Part shown: one piece after another, positions 63,670 to 64,000 of the stretch
Layout: every line of letters begins with the position of its first letter
How positions within the stretch are numbered: the first letter of the stretch is position 1
IMG/VR virus record: IMGVR_UViG_3300036770_007495
Location: 124,001 to 188,000 of that record
DNA length: 64,000 nucleotides
Strand: one strand, 5' to 3'
The notes under the pieces: generated by a model
The model's input: the letters and a program-made list of their open reading frames with translations, nothing else
The model's database searches: none
Told to the model about the DNA's origin: nothing
Position numbers and translations under genes: made by a program

Positions 63670-64000
63670 CTTCTCAAATGTACTGACTCAACTCAAGAAA
63701 ATCAATGAAGAGTCAATCATTGACTGCTTTGTACCTTCTGCCAACAAGCAAGTCAAGTTCAAACCCATGACTGTTGCACAACAACAGCAAATCATCAAGA
63801 ATCTTGCCAATGGTGCATCTGACAACCTCAAAATCATCAACAGCATCAATGACATCATCATTGCCAACAGCATTGATTGCAATGATTTGAAAATCATTGA
63901 CAGAGAAGTTGTGTTGCTGCAATACAGACTGCATGATGCAACCATTGATGAACAAGATCAAACAAAAATCAAAGATGCAATCAAGAGCATCAAAAAAGAA
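63662..64000 (+). CDS. Second gp26-like baseplate hub protein (partial)
   Basis: Not in the ORF track; MDNFSNVLTQLKKINEESIIDCFVPSANKQVKFKPMTVAQQQQII...L.IIDR...LLQ.R. Confidence 0.65.
   Translation, partial: MDNFSNVLTQLKKINEESIIDCFVPSANKQVKFKPMTVAQQQQIIKNLANGASDNLKIINSINDIIIANSIDCNDLKIIDREVVLLQYRLHDATIDEQDQTKIKDAIKSIKKE

Noticed and set aside
13-63961. Numerous 60-215 aa ORFs overlapping real genes in other frames or strands
   Set aside because: Shadow ORFs expected from TA depletion; no motifs or promoter signals
1-64000. Stop-codon reassignment, tRNA genes or inteins
   Set aside because: Core genes are full length under code 11 and use TAA, TGA and TAG stops; intergenic gaps are too short for tRNAs; gp43, gp41, gp17 and UvsX show no intein-sized insertions

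Overview
A 64-kb, very gene-dense fragment of a large T4-like (T4-superfamily) myovirus genome, standard genetic code. The + strand at about 2.9-28 kb carries the recombination/replication/late-transcription core: uvsY-like, uvsW, gp55, gp47, gp46, gp43, uvsX, gp41, gp32, gp45-like, rnh and gp61. Interleaved with it are accessory enzymes: an atypical QueC, a stand-alone class II glutamine amidotransferase, a DUF5664-like nucleotide diphosphohydrolase, glycosyltransferases, thioredoxin, a DHH protein and a ferritin-like protein. A glycan-modification island (GT4, sulfotransferase, DUF3431-methyltransferase, UDP-galactopyranose mutase, GT90-like) lies at 28.1-33.1 kb, a 17-kb minus-strand tail-fibre/baseplate block at 33.1-50.4 kb, and gp14, gp17, gp3, gp18, gp4, lysozyme, gp19, gp54-like and gp26-like genes at 51.8-64 kb. 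Main observations: (1) an apparently genome-wide leaderless expression design, with the late box TAAATA exactly 5 nt before 18 start codons (6-8 nt before 6 more), sigma70-like boxes 5-10 nt before early genes, and promoter boxes frequently built from the upstream gene's stop codon; (2) a QueC lacking its Zn-cysteine cluster, close to a GATase, a DUF5664-like protein and a glycosyltransferase, which could be an undescribed nucleotide/DNA (or glycan) amidation pathway; (3) about 10 late proteins with T4 internal-protein-like N-terminal leaders, including a lysozyme and a retropepsin-like protease; (4) a strong TGCA/TG-CA compositional excess that is absent from the glycan island. All protein calls come from motif recognition and synteny; no database searches were run. 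No tRNA, rRNA, CRISPR array, intron or mobile element was recognised.
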